Shown one piece after another: positions 47,710-58,057 of a DNA stretch of 64,000 bases. This DNA comes from Acidimicrobiaceae bacterium. GTDB taxonomy: Bacteria; Actinomycetota; Acidimicrobiia; Acidimicrobiales; MedAcidi-G1. The stretch covers positions 4,576-68,575 of the forward strand of contig PBSS01000048.1 of the NCBI GenBank assembly GCA_002726315.1, written 5' to 3'. Within the stretch, counting starts at the first letter, position 1, and each line of letters starts with the position of its first letter. The notes beneath the pieces were generated by a model that saw only the letters and a list, made by a program, of their open reading frames with translations, was not told where the DNA came from and searched no databases. Position numbers and translations under genes: made by a program.

Positions 47710-50247
47710 CTACTCAGCGCCCTCTACTACCATTTCGACGGTTGGCGGTTCGAAGCCCTCAATGGAGCGGAACACCAGCACCGGAGCATCATCACCAGCC
47801 TCGGCCAGTTCGTCGGTGGTGGCTACGTCGACGATAACTATCTGACCAGCCATGAACTCCTTGTTCAACAGGCGCTCACTGAGTGGATCCTCGACCAAGT
47901 GCTGAATGGCGCGCCGTAACGGCCGCGCACCCATCGTGGGGTCGTAGCCCTCGCGCGCCAAATGGTCCTTGGCAGCATCAGTCAACTCAAGCCCAAGGCC
48001 CTGTCCCGCCAGTTGGGTTGATACACGGCGGATCATGAGGTCAACGATGCGGGTCACCTCGGGAACGGTCAACTCGTGGAAAACAATCGTGTCATCAATG
48101 CGATTCAAGAACTCCGGACGGAAGTGGTCCTTGAGGGCATCATTCACCTTCACCTTCATGCGCTCGTAGGACACGGCCTCATCTGACTTGGTAAAGCCCA
48201 GGCTGGCCTTTCGCAGATCGGCTGTACCCAGGTTGGAAGTCATGATCAGGACCGTGTTGCGAAAGTCGACGGATCGACCCTGCGCATCTGTGAGCCTGCC
48301 TTCTTCGAGGATCTGCAAGAGCGTGTTGAACACGTCGGGGTGTGCCTTTTCGACCTCGTCAAACAAGACAACCGAGAAAGGACGTCGGCGGACCGCCTCG
48401 GTCAGTTGGCCTCCCTCGTCGTAGCCGACATATCCGGGGGGCGAGCCAACCAACCTGCTGACAGTGTGCTTTTCCATGTACTCAGACATGTCGAGGGAAA
48501 CAAGGGCATCCTCGTCACCAAAGAGGAACTCGGCAAGGGTCTTGGCCAACTCGGTCTTGCCGACGCCAGAGGGCCCTAGGAACACGAATGAGCCCGATGG
48601 CCGCTTAGGGTCTTTTAGGCCAGCGCGCGTGCGGCGGATGGCCTGACTGACCGCCTTGATGGCGTCCTCTTGGCCAATGACTCTCTTGTGCAACTCATCT
48701 TCCATGCGCAACAACTTCTGGGTTTCTTCCTCAGTGAGCTTGTAGACAGGAATACCCGTCCAAATCGAAAGAACCTCTGCAATAGCCTCCTCATCTACCT
48801 CATCGAACAGGTCAACTCCAGATGAACGGATCTCGGCCTCCTTGGCCTCCTTGGCAGCCAGAATCTCTTTTTCGCGGTCACGCAGATTTCCGGCCTCTTC
48901 AAAATCCTGTGCTTCAACAGCCGCCTTTTTCTGCAGAACCACCTCGGCAAGCCCAACCTCCAGATCACGCAGGTCCTCGGGGGTATGCATGCGCCTAATG
49001 CGCAACCTTGACCCTGCCTCATCGATCAGGTCGATCGCCTTGTCGGGGAGGAAGCGGTCAGAGATGTAGCGGTCAGCCAGGTTGGCAGCCGCCACGAGGG
49101 CTTGATCGGTGATCGTCACGCGATGGTGGGTCTCATAGCGCTCACGGAGACCCTTGAGGATTTCAATCGTATGGACAACCGTGGGCTCGTCTACCTTGAC
49201 TGGCTGGAATCGTCTCTCGAGGGCAGCATCCTTCTCAAAGTGCTTGCGGTACTCATCGAGGGTGGTGGCACCAATAGTTTGCAGCTCTCCGCGCGCCAGC
49301 ATGGGCTTCAGGATCGAAGCAGCGTCAATCGCACCTTCAGCAGCACCGGCCCCAACCAGTGTGTGAATCTCGTCGATAAACAAGACAATGTCACCGCGAG
49401 TCTTGATCTCCTTAAGGACCTTCTTGAGACGTTCCTCGAAGTCACCCCGGTAACGACTACCGGCGACTAGGGCACCCAGATCGAGCGTATAAACCTGCTT
49501 GTTGGCAATGGTCTCGGGAACGTCGTCATTGGCAATCATCTGAGCCAGGCCCTCGACAATGGCCGTCTTGCCTACACCCGGCTCACCGATCAGCACCGGA
49601 TTGTTCTTGGTGCGACGTGACAGGACCTGCATGACCCGTTCGGTCTCGCGCACTCGGCCAATCACGGGGTCCAACTTCTTGTCCCGGGCAGCCTGCGTGA
49701 GATTGCGACCGAACTGGTCGAGCACAAGTGAACCGGAACCCACATCACCGCTGCCCTTGCCCGCGGTAGCACCGGCTTTGTCACCAGAGCCCTGACCTGA
49801 CCCGGCGCCCGAGTAGCCAGAAAGCAACTGGATAACTTGCTGACGTACCCGCGACAGGTCAGCACCCAACTTGACGAGGACCTGTGCCGCCACGCCCTCC
49901 CCCTCGCGAATGAGCCCCAACAGAATGTGCTCGGTTCCTATGTAGTTGTGCCCCAACTGCAGTGCCTCACGGAGTGACAACTCAAGAACCTTCTTTGCCC
50001 GCGGCGTGAAAGGAATGTGTCCGCTGGGCGAACTGCCACCCTGACCAATGAGTTCCTCGACCTGACTGCGCACTGCCTCAAGCGAGATGCCGAGGGACTC
50101 CAAAGCCTTGGCTGCGACACCCTCACCCTCGTGGATGAGCCCCAGCAAGATGTGTTCGGTGCCTATGTAGTTGTGGTTGAGGAGGCGCGCTTCTTCCTGG
50201 GCCAGTACGACGACCCTACGTGCCCTGTCCGTAAACCGCTCAAACAA
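47710..50247 (-). CDS. clpC1: ATP-dependent Clp protease ATP-binding subunit ClpC1
   Basis: (M)[37 protein letters not shown], two Walker A motifs ([16 protein letters not shown]) and a UVR motif. The conserved N-terminus begins at TTG 50247, preceded by AGGAG with a 7-nt spacer. The ORF track extension to 50385 is discounted. Confidence 0.95.
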   Translation of the reverse strand: MFERFTDRARRVVVLAQEEARLLNHNYIGTEHILLGLIHEGEGVAAKALESLGISLEAVRSQVEELIGQGGSSPSGHIPFTPRAKKVLELSLREALQLGHNYIGTEHILLGLIREGEGVAAQVLVKLGADLSRVRQQVIQLLSGYSGAGSGQGSGDKAGATAGKGSGDVGSGSLVLDQFGRNLTQAARDKKLDPVIGRVRETERVMQVLSRRTKNNPVLIGEPGVGKTAIVEGLAQMIANDDVPETIANKQVYTLDLGALVAGSRYRGDFEERLKKVLKEIKTRGDIVLFIDEIHTLVGAGAAEGAIDAASILKPMLARGELQTIGATTLDEYRKHFEKDAALERRFQPVKVDEPTVVHTIEILKGLRERYETHHRVTITDQALVAAANLADRYISDRFLPDKAIDLIDEAGSRLRIRRMHTPEDLRDLEVGLAEVVLQKKAAVEAQDFEEAGNLRDREKEILAAKEAKEAEIRSSGVDLFDEVDEEAIAEVLSIWTGIPVYKLTEEETQKLLRMEDELHKRVIGQEDAIKAVSQAIRRTRAGLKDPKRPSGSFVFLGPSGVGKTELAKTLAEFLFGDEDALVSLDMSEYMEKHTVSRLVGSPPGYVGYDEGGQLTEAVRRRPFSVVLFDEVEKAHPDVFNTLLQILEEGRLTDAQGRSVDFRNTVLIMTSNLGTADLRKASLGFTKSDEAVSYERMKVKVNDALKDHFRPEFLNRIDDTIVFHELTVPEVTRIVDLMIRRVSTQLAGQGLGLELTDAAKDHLAREGYDPTMGARPLRRAIQHLVEDPLSERLLNKEFMAGQIVIVDVATTDELAEAGDDAPVLVFRSIEGFEPPTVEMVVEGAE

Positions 50248-50439
50248 GCAATCGCTCCTGTCCTGCCTGACTCCTGCGGAAACCTCTGGTCCGACCCTCA
50301 CAGCACCGCCTGAGCGGTCCACGAACACCGGTCCCGTCAGGCAAGTGTACCGGCACCGGCGTGTCAGCGACCGGCCGACTCTCAACGCCTTACAGGCCGG
50401 CAGTTTCGGTAACCCCGCCCCACGCTCTATCCTCCTCGA

Positions 50440-51432
50440 GTGGCGAACTCGACACCTCTGCTGGATCCGCCCGGAATGGCCGCCGACCTAGAGCGGATAG
50501 AAGTTGGCCTGCGACAGGCTGTCGAGGCTGATAACCCCTTCCTAACTGAAATGGCCAGGCACCTCATAGATGCCGGAGGCAAGCGGATCCGACCAGCGCT
50601 GGCCATCACTGCCTCGCTAGTCACGAGTGCAAAGCCAAGCAACGCCACCGACGATGTCATCTCCGGCGGCGTTGCCGTTGAGTTGGTACACCAGGGCTCC
50701 CTCTACCACGACGACGTAATGGACGGTGCCGACACCAGACGTACCGTGGAAAGCGTCAACGCCCGCTGGGGAAATCTTGAAGCCATCCTGGCCGGCGATT
50801 ACCTCCTGGCACGAGCTTCCGAGATCGCTGCCAGGCTAGGTACCGAAATAGCCGGTCTGCTGGCATCCACAATCGCCTCTCTCTGTGAGGGCCAAGTTCG
50901 CGAAATGCAGCATGCGTTCGATGTGAATCGCACCCGCGATGCCTACCTCACGTCAATATCAGGAAAGACTGCTGCCTTGCTTGCAACCTCGGCGCGCGTC
51001 GGTGCAATCGTGGCCGGTCATCCCCGTCAGTTCGTTGAAGCGGTCACAGACTTCGGCTACCACTACGGAATGGCTTTCCAGATCATCGACGACATCCTCG
51101 ATATGGTCGCCACCGATGACCAACTGGGCAAACCGGCAGGTAATGACCTCGTCGAGGGTGTCTACACCCTGCCGGTGATACTGGCTCTGGGAGGCCCTTC
51201 GGGAGGTGAACTTCGTGAGTTGCTGGGCGGCCCCATCGATGACGCAACCCGTGACCATGCCCGGAGGATCATACGGTCAGACACTGTGATCGACGGGACC
51301 ACGGAAACAGCGGTGAACTTCACGGACCGTGCACGGACCTCACTCGACGACCTGCCCCAGACTCCAGCCGTTTCAACGCTGCGCTCCACCTGTGATCTTC
51401 TTCTGGCACGGGTAGCAGAGTTACCCACCTGA
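50440..51432 (+). CDS. Polyprenyl diphosphate synthase family protein (trans-IPPS, GrcC1/HepT-like)
   Basis: First DDxxD region [11 protein letters not shown] and second FQIIDDILD. Candidate starts are GTG 50440 or ATG 50476. Confidence 0.85.
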   Translation: MANSTPLLDPPGMAADLERIEVGLRQAVEADNPFLTEMARHLIDAGGKRIRPALAITASLVTSAKPSNATDDVISGGVAVELVHQGSLYHDDVMDGADTRRTVESVNARWGNLEAILAGDYLLARASEIAARLGTEIAGLLASTIASLCEGQVREMQHAFDVNRTRDAYLTSISGKTAALLATSARVGAIVAGHPRQFVEAVTDFGYHYGMAFQIIDDILDMVATDDQLGKPAGNDLVEGVYTLPVILALGGPSGGELRELLGGPIDDATRDHARRIIRSDTVIDGTTETAVNFTDRARTSLDDLPQTPAVSTLRSTCDLLLARVAELPT

Positions 51433-51447
51433 CTGGGCGAGTTGGAT

Positions 51448-52869
51448 TCAGCCCTGTTCGGGTCGCAGCGTCGGGAACAGGATGACGTCACGAATCGCCG
51501 AGACGCCCCCCAATAGCATCACCAGTCTGTCCACACCGATGCCGAGCCCACCAGTCGGGGGAAGTCCATACTCAAGGGCACGTAGGTAGTCATCGTCGAT
51601 GACCATGGCCTCGTCATCGCCAGCAGCCCTATCAGCCTCTTGGGTCCCAAAGCGGGCCCTCTGCTCGTCGGGGTCCACCAGTTCGCTGAATGCGTTACAG
51701 ATCTCGCGTCCGGCCACAATCCCCTCGAATCGCTCCACCAGTCCGACAGTCGAGCGATGCTCGCGGGCCAACGGAGAGACCTCCTTGGGATAGTCGGTCA
51801 CGAAGACCGGATCCCACAGTTCAGGTTCGGTCGTCTTCTCGTAGAGTTCCAAGATGAGTTTGCCCACGCCATGGTGGCCCTTGACGGGGATGGAGCGCTC
51901 CTCGCAGTAGCCGACAAGATCGGAACGCGGTGTTTCCAGATCAACCCGTAATCCGCTGTGCTCCTCGAGTAGGTCGAACATGGTTGCGCGCCTCCACGGC
52001 GCTGAAAGATCCAACTCGCGGCCGTCGTAAGATACCGAGGTGGAGCCCAACAACTCTTGAGCGAGGTAGGCAACTAGTTCCTCGACCAGGACCATGATGT
52101 CGCCATAGTCTGCGTACGCCTGATAGAGCTCGAGCATCGTGAACTCAGGGTTGTGCCTCGTCGACAAGCCCTCATTGCGAAACACGCGGGCAATCTCAAA
52201 CACCCTCTCGAAACCACCCACGGTCAGCCTCTTGAGGTACAGCTCGGGAGCTATGCGCAGGTAGAGATCCAAGTCGAGGGCATTGTGGTGGGTCGTGAAC
52301 GGCTGGGCAGCGGCACCACCGGGGATCGGATGGAACACGGGGGTCTCAACCTCCATGAAATCCCGTTCCTCCAACCAGCGGCGCATCAACGAGACAGCCC
52401 GGCTGCGCAAAGTGAACACCCGACGGGCCTCATCTGTCACCCAGAGGTCCACGTATCGCTGACGAAAGCGGGTGTCAGGATCTGAGATGCCATGCCACTT
52501 GTCGGGAAACGGTAGACGCGCCTCGGCTAAGCGCACCCACGATCCGACACGGACCGAAAGCTCACCTCGCCTAGTACTAATGACCTCTCCGGTGACCCCC
52601 AGCCAGTCGCCGATGTGGAGACCAGTGAACCTATCGAAGTCGGGGGTAGAGGCCTGAGGGGCGAAAAGTTGGATGCGCCCGGTCTGATCGGCAAGCACCC
52701 CAAATACCAACTTCCCTTGGTTGCGGCGCAGCATCAGGCGCCCTGCGACGGTCACCTTGACGCCAGTCTCCTCACCGTCATCCAGATCGCCATAGCCCTC
52801 GTGGAGTTCGGCAATGGTCGTTGTCGGCTCAAAGCGGTAGGGAGTTTCGTATCCAGACGTATCGGTCAC
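51448..52869 (-). CDS. lysS: Lysine--tRNA ligase (class II)
   Basis: OB anticodon-binding N-domain, class II motifs (FMEVETPVFH, FRNEGLSTRHNPEFTMLE, GLGIGVDRLVML). Confidence 0.93.
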   Translation of the reverse strand: MTDTSGYETPYRFEPTTTIAELHEGYGDLDDGEETGVKVTVAGRLMLRRNQGKLVFGVLADQTGRIQLFAPQASTPDFDRFTGLHIGDWLGVTGEVISTRRGELSVRVGSWVRLAEARLPFPDKWHGISDPDTRFRQRYVDLWVTDEARRVFTLRSRAVSLMRRWLEERDFMEVETPVFHPIPGGAAAQPFTTHHNALDLDLYLRIAPELYLKRLTVGGFERVFEIARVFRNEGLSTRHNPEFTMLELYQAYADYGDIMVLVEELVAYLAQELLGSTSVSYDGRELDLSAPWRRATMFDLLEEHSGLRVDLETPRSDLVGYCEERSIPVKGHHGVGKLILELYEKTTEPELWDPVFVTDYPKEVSPLAREHRSTVGLVERFEGIVAGREICNAFSELVDPDEQRARFGTQEADRAAGDDEAMVIDDDYLRALEYGLPPTGGLGIGVDRLVMLLGGVSAIRDVILFPTLRPEQG

Positions 52870-52874
52870 GCCGA

Positions 52875-53699
52875 TCAGTCCCCGCTATTCATGTCAAAGA
52901 CCAGGCGAAGTCCGTGGAGGGTGAGGAACGGCTCAAGGTACTGGATGGAGGTGGTCACCGGTGAGATCAGCGAGGCGAGCCCACCCGTGGCTATGACAGT
53001 ACAGTCGCCCAACTCACCGCGGAACCTCTCTACCATGCCGTCGATTTGGGCAGCAAAGCCGTAGACAGCTCCCGACTGCAGTGACTCAACGGTGCTCTTT
53101 CCAATGACGCTCCGCGGCTCGACCAACTCGATCGCCCGCAACGCGGCCGCCCTGCCGAACAGGGCATCAAGGCTGACTTCAATCCCGGGAGCAATGGCAC
53201 CTCCGATGAACTCACCATCGGCAGAGATGACGTCGAAATTGTTACCGGTGCCGAAGTCGACAACGACGCTGGGGCCTCCGTAGAGGGCGTATGCCCCGAC
53301 AGCGTTGGCGATCCGGTCCGCTCCAACCTCCTTGGGGTTGTCATAGAGGATTGGCATGCCGGTTCGAATGCCTGGTTCGATCACCACTGGAACGACATTG
53401 GTGTAGCGGTCGATCATCTCCCTGAGGCTTGCTAGGACCCGGGGTACGCCTGAGCAGACACTGACACCACCTACATCAAGGGTGTACCCGGCTGACCGCA
53501 GTAGGTTCCCAATCACCACGGCGTGTTCGTCAGCTGTACGAGCATCATCGGTGGCGATACGCCAGTGCTCCAAAAGACCGGCATCAGCTGTGGCCGTGTC
53601 GCCTCCGGCCTCGTAGAGGCCGATCACGGTCTGGGTGTTGCCCACGTCGATAGTCAACAGCATTGAGGGTCTCCGGACCCGGTTGTCGAAGTCATTCAA
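52875..53699 (-). CDS. coaX: Type III pantothenate kinase
   Basis: LLTIDVGNTQTVIGLY and VVDFGTGNNFDV motifs. Confidence 0.9.
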   Translation of the reverse strand: MNDFDNRVRRPSMLLTIDVGNTQTVIGLYEAGGDTATADAGLLEHWRIATDDARTADEHAVVIGNLLRSAGYTLDVGGVSVCSGVPRVLASLREMIDRYTNVVPVVIEPGIRTGMPILYDNPKEVGADRIANAVGAYALYGGPSVVVDFGTGNNFDVISADGEFIGGAIAPGIEVSLDALFGRAAALRAIELVEPRSVIGKSTVESLQSGAVYGFAAQIDGMVERFRGELGDCTVIATGGLASLISPVTTSIQYLEPFLTLHGLRLVFDMNSGD

Positions 53700-54630
53700 A
53701 CAAGCCTTCCAGATCAGGGCTTATGTCGAGGCCCACGTCGAGTGCAGGAGCCGAACTAGTCAACACACCACTGGAAATACAGTCGACTCCGGTCGCCGCG
53801 TAGTCGGCTAGAACGTCAAGGGTAATGCCACCGGATGCCTCCAGGAGGGGTCTTTCGCCCTCCCATTCCGCAACAAGGTCGACACATGCCTTCACCTCGG
53901 CAGGTGCCATGTTGTCGAGCAGGACCGCATCTACGCCCACCTCGAGTGCCTGGCGAAGCTGACAGATCTCGTCGCACTCGACATGGACAATACGGTCTGG
54001 CCACCGTGAACGGGCCGCCTGCACCATGGTTGCAATATCGGTATCGAACAAGTGGTTGTCCTTGATCATCACCCACTCACTCAGGTTGGCCCTGTGGTTC
54101 GCACCCCCTCCGGCCCTAACCGCCGCCTTCTCGAGGACCCGCAGGCCCGGTGTGGTCTTTCGGGTGTCCCAGACGACGGCATCAGTTCCAGCGACTTCCA
54201 CCCACTGGGCCACCAGCGTGGCAATGCCGGAAAGGTGACCAAGGAAGTTGAGGGCTGTCCGCTCCGCCGTAAGCACCGACCCCAGGGGACCTACAACCGT
54301 TGCAATCGCTTCACCCGCCTTGACCACGTCGCCTTCGTTCCTTCTCCAGTCAACGCGAACAGCGGAATCCACCTGTCTGAAAGCCTCGTTGGCACAATCA
54401 GAGCCGGCCAGAACACCGGTGCTGCGTACTCCCATGGCGGCCACCACGACGACGTCCTCAGACAGGATTGCCGCTGTCAAGTCGCCATCAGGCTTTAGGT
54501 CCTCGTCGAGCGCCCTCTGCACACATTCCACCACAACCTCGGGCGGTGGTGCGAGGGAAGTTCCCTTTCCTCGGCCCATGCGATCATCCACCAGACCCAC
54601 CCTGTCCACAGCGTCAAGGACCATGGTCAC
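53692..54630 (-). CDS. nadC: Nicotinate-nucleotide diphosphorylase (carboxylating) / quinolinate phosphoribosyltransferase
   Basis: ERTALNFLGHLSGIAT, IKDNH, LLDNM and SGGITL motifs. Confidence 0.88.
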   Translation of the reverse strand: MTMVLDAVDRVGLVDDRMGRGKGTSLAPPPEVVVECVQRALDEDLKPDGDLTAAILSEDVVVVAAMGVRSTGVLAGSDCANEAFRQVDSAVRVDWRRNEGDVVKAGEAIATVVGPLGSVLTAERTALNFLGHLSGIATLVAQWVEVAGTDAVVWDTRKTTPGLRVLEKAAVRAGGGANHRANLSEWVMIKDNHLFDTDIATMVQAARSRWPDRIVHVECDEICQLRQALEVGVDAVLLDNMAPAEVKACVDLVAEWEGERPLLEASGGITLDVLADYAATGVDCISSGVLTSSAPALDVGLDISPDLEGLFE

Positions 54631-54678
54631 CTAGCCTGCCCGCAAGCCTCCGGGCCTCCAACCCTCCGGCTTGTCTAA

Positions 54679-55539
54679 TCATGCCGGCACGGCTCCCATG
54701 TTGTCGATAAGCCTCGCCTGCCCAAACTGGCAGGCGACTAACAGACGCACCCCGGTACCGGTGATCCGAGAGGGTGTCTCGAAGGTGTCCGGGTCGACAA
54801 CCGCCACGTAGTCCAGTTCGCCTGTCGTTGCAGCATCGATCACCTCGGCCATCAGTGCGGTCACAACCTCAGGATCAGTCTCACCGCCCACAACAATCTC
54901 TGCTCCTACCTGAAGAGCCCGGTGTAGGACAGAGGCCTCTTCACGTTCGGCCGATGTCAGGTAGGCGTTACGACTAGACAGAGCCAAACCGTCATGAGCA
55001 CGAACCGTCGGACAGCCAACGACACCTACGGGAATGGAGTAGTCGGCCACCATCTGTCGAACTACCGCCAGTTGCTGGAAGTCCTTTTCACCGAAGTATG
55101 CACGACAGGTACCGATGATCTGGAACAGCCTGGAAACGGCCGAGACAACTCCAGGGAAGTGTGTAGGCCTGCTAGCTCCCTCAAAGCAGAATGCCAAGTC
55201 GCCAACCTCAACCACGGGTAGGCCTGACTCCGGGTACATCTCCCTGACGGCTGGCGTGAAGACCAGGTCGGCACCGTGTCGCGTGCAGACCTTCAGGTCT
55301 GTCTCCATGTCTCTCGGATAGTCGGCCAGGTCCTCGTCGGGAGTGAACTGCAATGGGTTCACAAACACTGACACGACGGTCAAATCGTTACCAGCGACAG
55401 CGGCATCAATCAGTGAGGCGTGTCCACCGTGCAGGTAGCCCATCGTGGGGACTAGTCCAACTAGCCTTCCCGCAGCCCGCTCCTTGTCGAGTCTGGACCG
55501 CAGATTGGCAGCCGTTGTCTCTACCTCGATGGTCCCCAC
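54679..55539 (-). CDS. panC: Pantoate--beta-alanine ligase
   Basis: VPTMGYLHGGHASLI, SVFVNPLQF and FGEKDFQQ motifs. Confidence 0.92.
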   Translation of the reverse strand: MGTIEVETTAANLRSRLDKERAAGRLVGLVPTMGYLHGGHASLIDAAVAGNDLTVVSVFVNPLQFTPDEDLADYPRDMETDLKVCTRHGADLVFTPAVREMYPESGLPVVEVGDLAFCFEGASRPTHFPGVVSAVSRLFQIIGTCRAYFGEKDFQQLAVVRQMVADYSIPVGVVGCPTVRAHDGLALSSRNAYLTSAEREEASVLHRALQVGAEIVVGGETDPEVVTALMAEVIDAATTGELDYVAVVDPDTFETPSRITGTGVRLLVACQFGQARLIDNMGAVPA

Positions 55540-55556
55540 TGGCGTGCCCCGGACCC

Positions 55557-56048
55557 TCAGGTCCCTCTGGGGCCTGTCAATGGACCTAGCGGAACAACAT
55601 CGTCCCCGCCCATGCTTCCGGGGATCTCATAGACCAGGTCCGGGGCCACGTCGCGCATCGGAATCAACACGAAGGTCCGTTCGTGCATACGTGGATGTGG
55701 AACCGTCAGGTCCTCATCGTCAACACTTTCACCGTCCACCCAGAGGATGTCCACGTCCAGGGTCCGAGGACCCCACCGCACCCGACGCACGCGCCCAGCT
55801 GCCACCTCCTGCTCACGACAGAGTTCCAGCAAGTCCCTTAGGGTCAAGTCGGTCTCAAGCCTAACGACACAGTTCAGGTACGGACCCTGCTCAGGACCGC
55901 CGATGGGAACTGTCTCATAGACGGTTGAAACTTCAACCACGTCGGGTATGGCATCCACCGCCCCACGCAGGTGTGCCCAGCGGTCACCCACGTTCGAGCC
56001 GAGGCCGAGCAGCGCCCGCCGCGAAGAGCTGGCGGCGCTAACGCTCAT
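55557..56048 (-). CDS. folK: 2-amino-4-hydroxy-6-hydroxymethyldihydropteridine diphosphokinase
   Basis: LGLGSNVGDR, GPRTLDVDIL and PHPRMHERTFVL motifs. The ATG overlaps the stop of the upstream ORF (ATGA). Confidence 0.9.
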   Translation of the reverse strand: MSVSAASSSRRALLGLGSNVGDRWAHLRGAVDAIPDVVEVSTVYETVPIGGPEQGPYLNCVVRLETDLTLRDLLELCREQEVAAGRVRRVRWGPRTLDVDILWVDGESVDDEDLTVPHPRMHERTFVLIPMRDVAPDLVYEIPGSMGGDDVVPLGPLTGPRGT

Positions 56049-56557
56049 GAATGGGGATCTGGTGCTTCGTCGACCACTAGAGCCACGATACGGCGACCCA
56101 GGTTGCCGAGAGGCCGACTGAGGAGTTGCTCCGTAATGGATATTGCCCGCGGCCCAGTCGGGACGAGTCCCCGCCAGAGCAGAAAGGCTGCCATCAGACC
56201 GCAGACAATGTCGTTTAGTTCGTCACGGTGCACGATGATGCGACGGCCATCACCTGTCATCTCCTCAAACCGTTCAAAAATCTCGATCAATCGACTCAGA
56301 CCGTCGTCTGCCCCACTGAATGGCAACTGGGTCCACGCGACATCCAGTTCGTCATAGTTGTGGAGATTGTGGTCACTCGCCAACAGGGAGACGATCGCGT
56401 CGAAATCGTTTTCACGGATCCAGATGATCTCCTCCTGGCGGCGCACCCGGCGGTGGCTAGCCCCGAAGCCACCTGGTCGCTCACAAACAGCGATCTGATC
56501 TTGGATGATCCAGGCGAACCCTGTGGGCACAATGCCCTTTGCCCACTTGCCTCTCAC
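56045..56557 (-). CDS. Hypothetical protein, tyrosine/dual-specificity-phosphatase-like layout with a degenerate P-loop, in the folB position
   Basis: GTG 56557 is preceded by GGGAGG with a 6-nt spacer and lies 28 nt after the folP stop. The longest ORF (to 56719) would overlap folP by 134 nt. The sequence ...IAVCERPGG...AIVSLL...LPFSGADDG...RIIVHRDELNDIVCGLMAAFLLWRG... resembles small DSP/PTP enzymes, but HCxxGxxR is replaced by HRDELNDI. Confidence 0.55.
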   Translation of the reverse strand: MRGKWAKGIVPTGFAWIIQDQIAVCERPGGFGASHRRVRRQEEIIWIRENDFDAIVSLLASDHNLHNYDELDVAWTQLPFSGADDGLSRLIEIFERFEEMTGDGRRIIVHRDELNDIVCGLMAAFLLWRGLVPTGPRAISITEQLLSRPLGNLGRRIVALVVDEAPDPHS

Positions 56558-56585
56558 TGGCCACCTCCCAGGCTGACAGAACTCC

Positions 56586-57428
56586 TCATGCGGCCACCCG
56601 TGCCGCGTCCAGGGTTGCCCCCACATCGTGCGCTCTGACCATGCTGACTCCTTTTGCGTAAGCCCACGTTGCCAGCGCCACAGAGCCCTCGCGTCTGTCA
56701 CCTGCCGCTGTGGGCTCACAAGCTCCGTCGCTGACAGCTGTCAACTCCCCAAGGAACCTCTTGCGACTCACCCCTACAACGACTGGCCACCCGGTCTCAA
56801 CGAAAACATCGATATTGGCCATGATCGCCAAGTTGTGTCTGGTCGTCTTGCCAAATCCGATCCCCGGGTCGATCCACACCTCATGGACCCCAGCATCCAT
56901 GGCCTTCTCGGCCCTGTTGACCAGATAATCACGGACCTCACTAACCACGTCGTCGTAGTGGGGGTCCTCCTGCATCGTACGCGGGTCCCCATTCATGTGC
57001 ATGGCCACCCATGCGACACCTAGGTCAGCAGCCACCGACCCGAGACCAGCACTCACGTCATTCAAAATCGTGGCCCCCACCGCCACGGCTGCCCTCGCGA
57101 CCTCCTCGTGACGGGTATCAATGGAGACCCTGACACAGCCGACCAGCCCCGCTACGACCGGGATCACCCGCTCCAACTCCTCCGCTACGCCCACGGGATG
57201 CGCCCCAGGCCTAGTGGACTCGCCACCCACGTCAACGACCGTGGCACCCTCGTTGATAAGCCTCCTGCCGTGTTTTATGGCAGCAGCGTGGTCCAAGTAG
57301 AGGCCCCCATCCGAGAAGGAATCAGGGGTCACATTAAGAACTCCCATTACTGCACCCACATCACTGAATCTAACGGTGTGATCGGCAGTGCCAAGGCCTG
57401 GCCACCGATGATTTTCATGTAGTTCCAA
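56586..57428 (-). CDS. folP: Dihydropteroate synthase
   Basis: GVLNVTPDSFSDGG, VDVGGESTRPG and DPGIGFGKT motifs. Confidence 0.93.
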   Translation of the reverse strand: MELHENHRWPGLGTADHTVRFSDVGAVMGVLNVTPDSFSDGGLYLDHAAAIKHGRRLINEGATVVDVGGESTRPGAHPVGVAEELERVIPVVAGLVGCVRVSIDTRHEEVARAAVAVGATILNDVSAGLGSVAADLGVAWVAMHMNGDPRTMQEDPHYDDVVSEVRDYLVNRAEKAMDAGVHEVWIDPGIGFGKTTRHNLAIMANIDVFVETGWPVVVGVSRKRFLGELTAVSDGACEPTAAGDRREGSVALATWAYAKGVSMVRAHDVGATLDAARVAA

Positions 57429-57458
57429 TTAGTAACAGTGTGTTCCAATCAAGAGATG

Positions 57459-58046
57459 CTAGGAGGCCTCGACCACCTTGACCTGGGGTGCCGCCTCTAC
57501 GACCCGGATGTCGGGAAGATTGCGATAGCGCTGGTCTACGTCGAGTCCATAGCCGACCACAAAGTCCGCTGGGATCCGGAAGCCCTCGTAACGCAAGATG
57601 TCCTCATCAACGCTGTGGTCCTCACGTACCAGCAGAGCACAAACCTCAAGGCTCGCCGGGTTCCTCGCAAACAGGTTGCGTCGCAGATAGTTAAGGGTCA
57701 GACCGCTATCAACTATGTCCTCGACAAGGATGACGTCGCGGCCCGCCAGGTCCAGATCCAGGTCCTTGACTATCCGCACTACCCCGGATGAGCGGGTCGA
57801 ATGCCCGTAGGAGGACACAGCCATAAAGTCAAACTCGACGGGGAGGTCGATGACCCTGGAGAGATCACTCATGAACATGAACGCCCCTTTGAGTACCCCC
57901 ACCAGTAGGGGCGAGCGACCTGAATAGTCGGCTGTTATCTCAGCCCCAAGTTGAGCCACGCGCTCAGCCAGCTGTTCGGCACTGACAAGGATCCTTCCTG
58001 GGACCAACTCCGGTTCAGCGTCTCCCTCCAACTGGTCTTGCCCCAT
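57459..58046 (-). CDS. hpt: Hypoxanthine phosphoribosyltransferase
   Basis: PRPP loop VILVEDIVDSGLTL, plus LKGAFMFMSDL. Confidence 0.92.
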   Translation of the reverse strand: MGQDQLEGDAEPELVPGRILVSAEQLAERVAQLGAEITADYSGRSPLLVGVLKGAFMFMSDLSRVIDLPVEFDFMAVSSYGHSTRSSGVVRIVKDLDLDLAGRDVILVEDIVDSGLTLNYLRRNLFARNPASLEVCALLVREDHSVDEDILRYEGFRIPADFVVGYGLDVDQRYRNLPDIRVVEAAPQVKVVEAS

Positions 58047-58057
58047 GGCGACCGACC

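Noticed and set aside
50248-50439. The 46-codon N-terminal extension of the clpC1 ORF, and a possible ClgR operator in the clpC1 5' region.
   Set aside because: The extension precedes the universally conserved (M)[10 protein letters not shown] start, which has its own AGGAG and TTG. The only CGC...GCG-type palindrome, ACCGC-CTGA-GCGGT, has 4-nt rather than 5-nt spacing and does not match the ClgR consensus as I recall it.
56228-56638. 136-aa plus-strand ORF and other frames between folP and folK, examined as a possible hidden folB.
   Set aside because: No frame shows dihydroneopterin aldolase-like sequence. The plus-strand ORF is antisense to a better-supported, translationally coupled minus-strand ORF.
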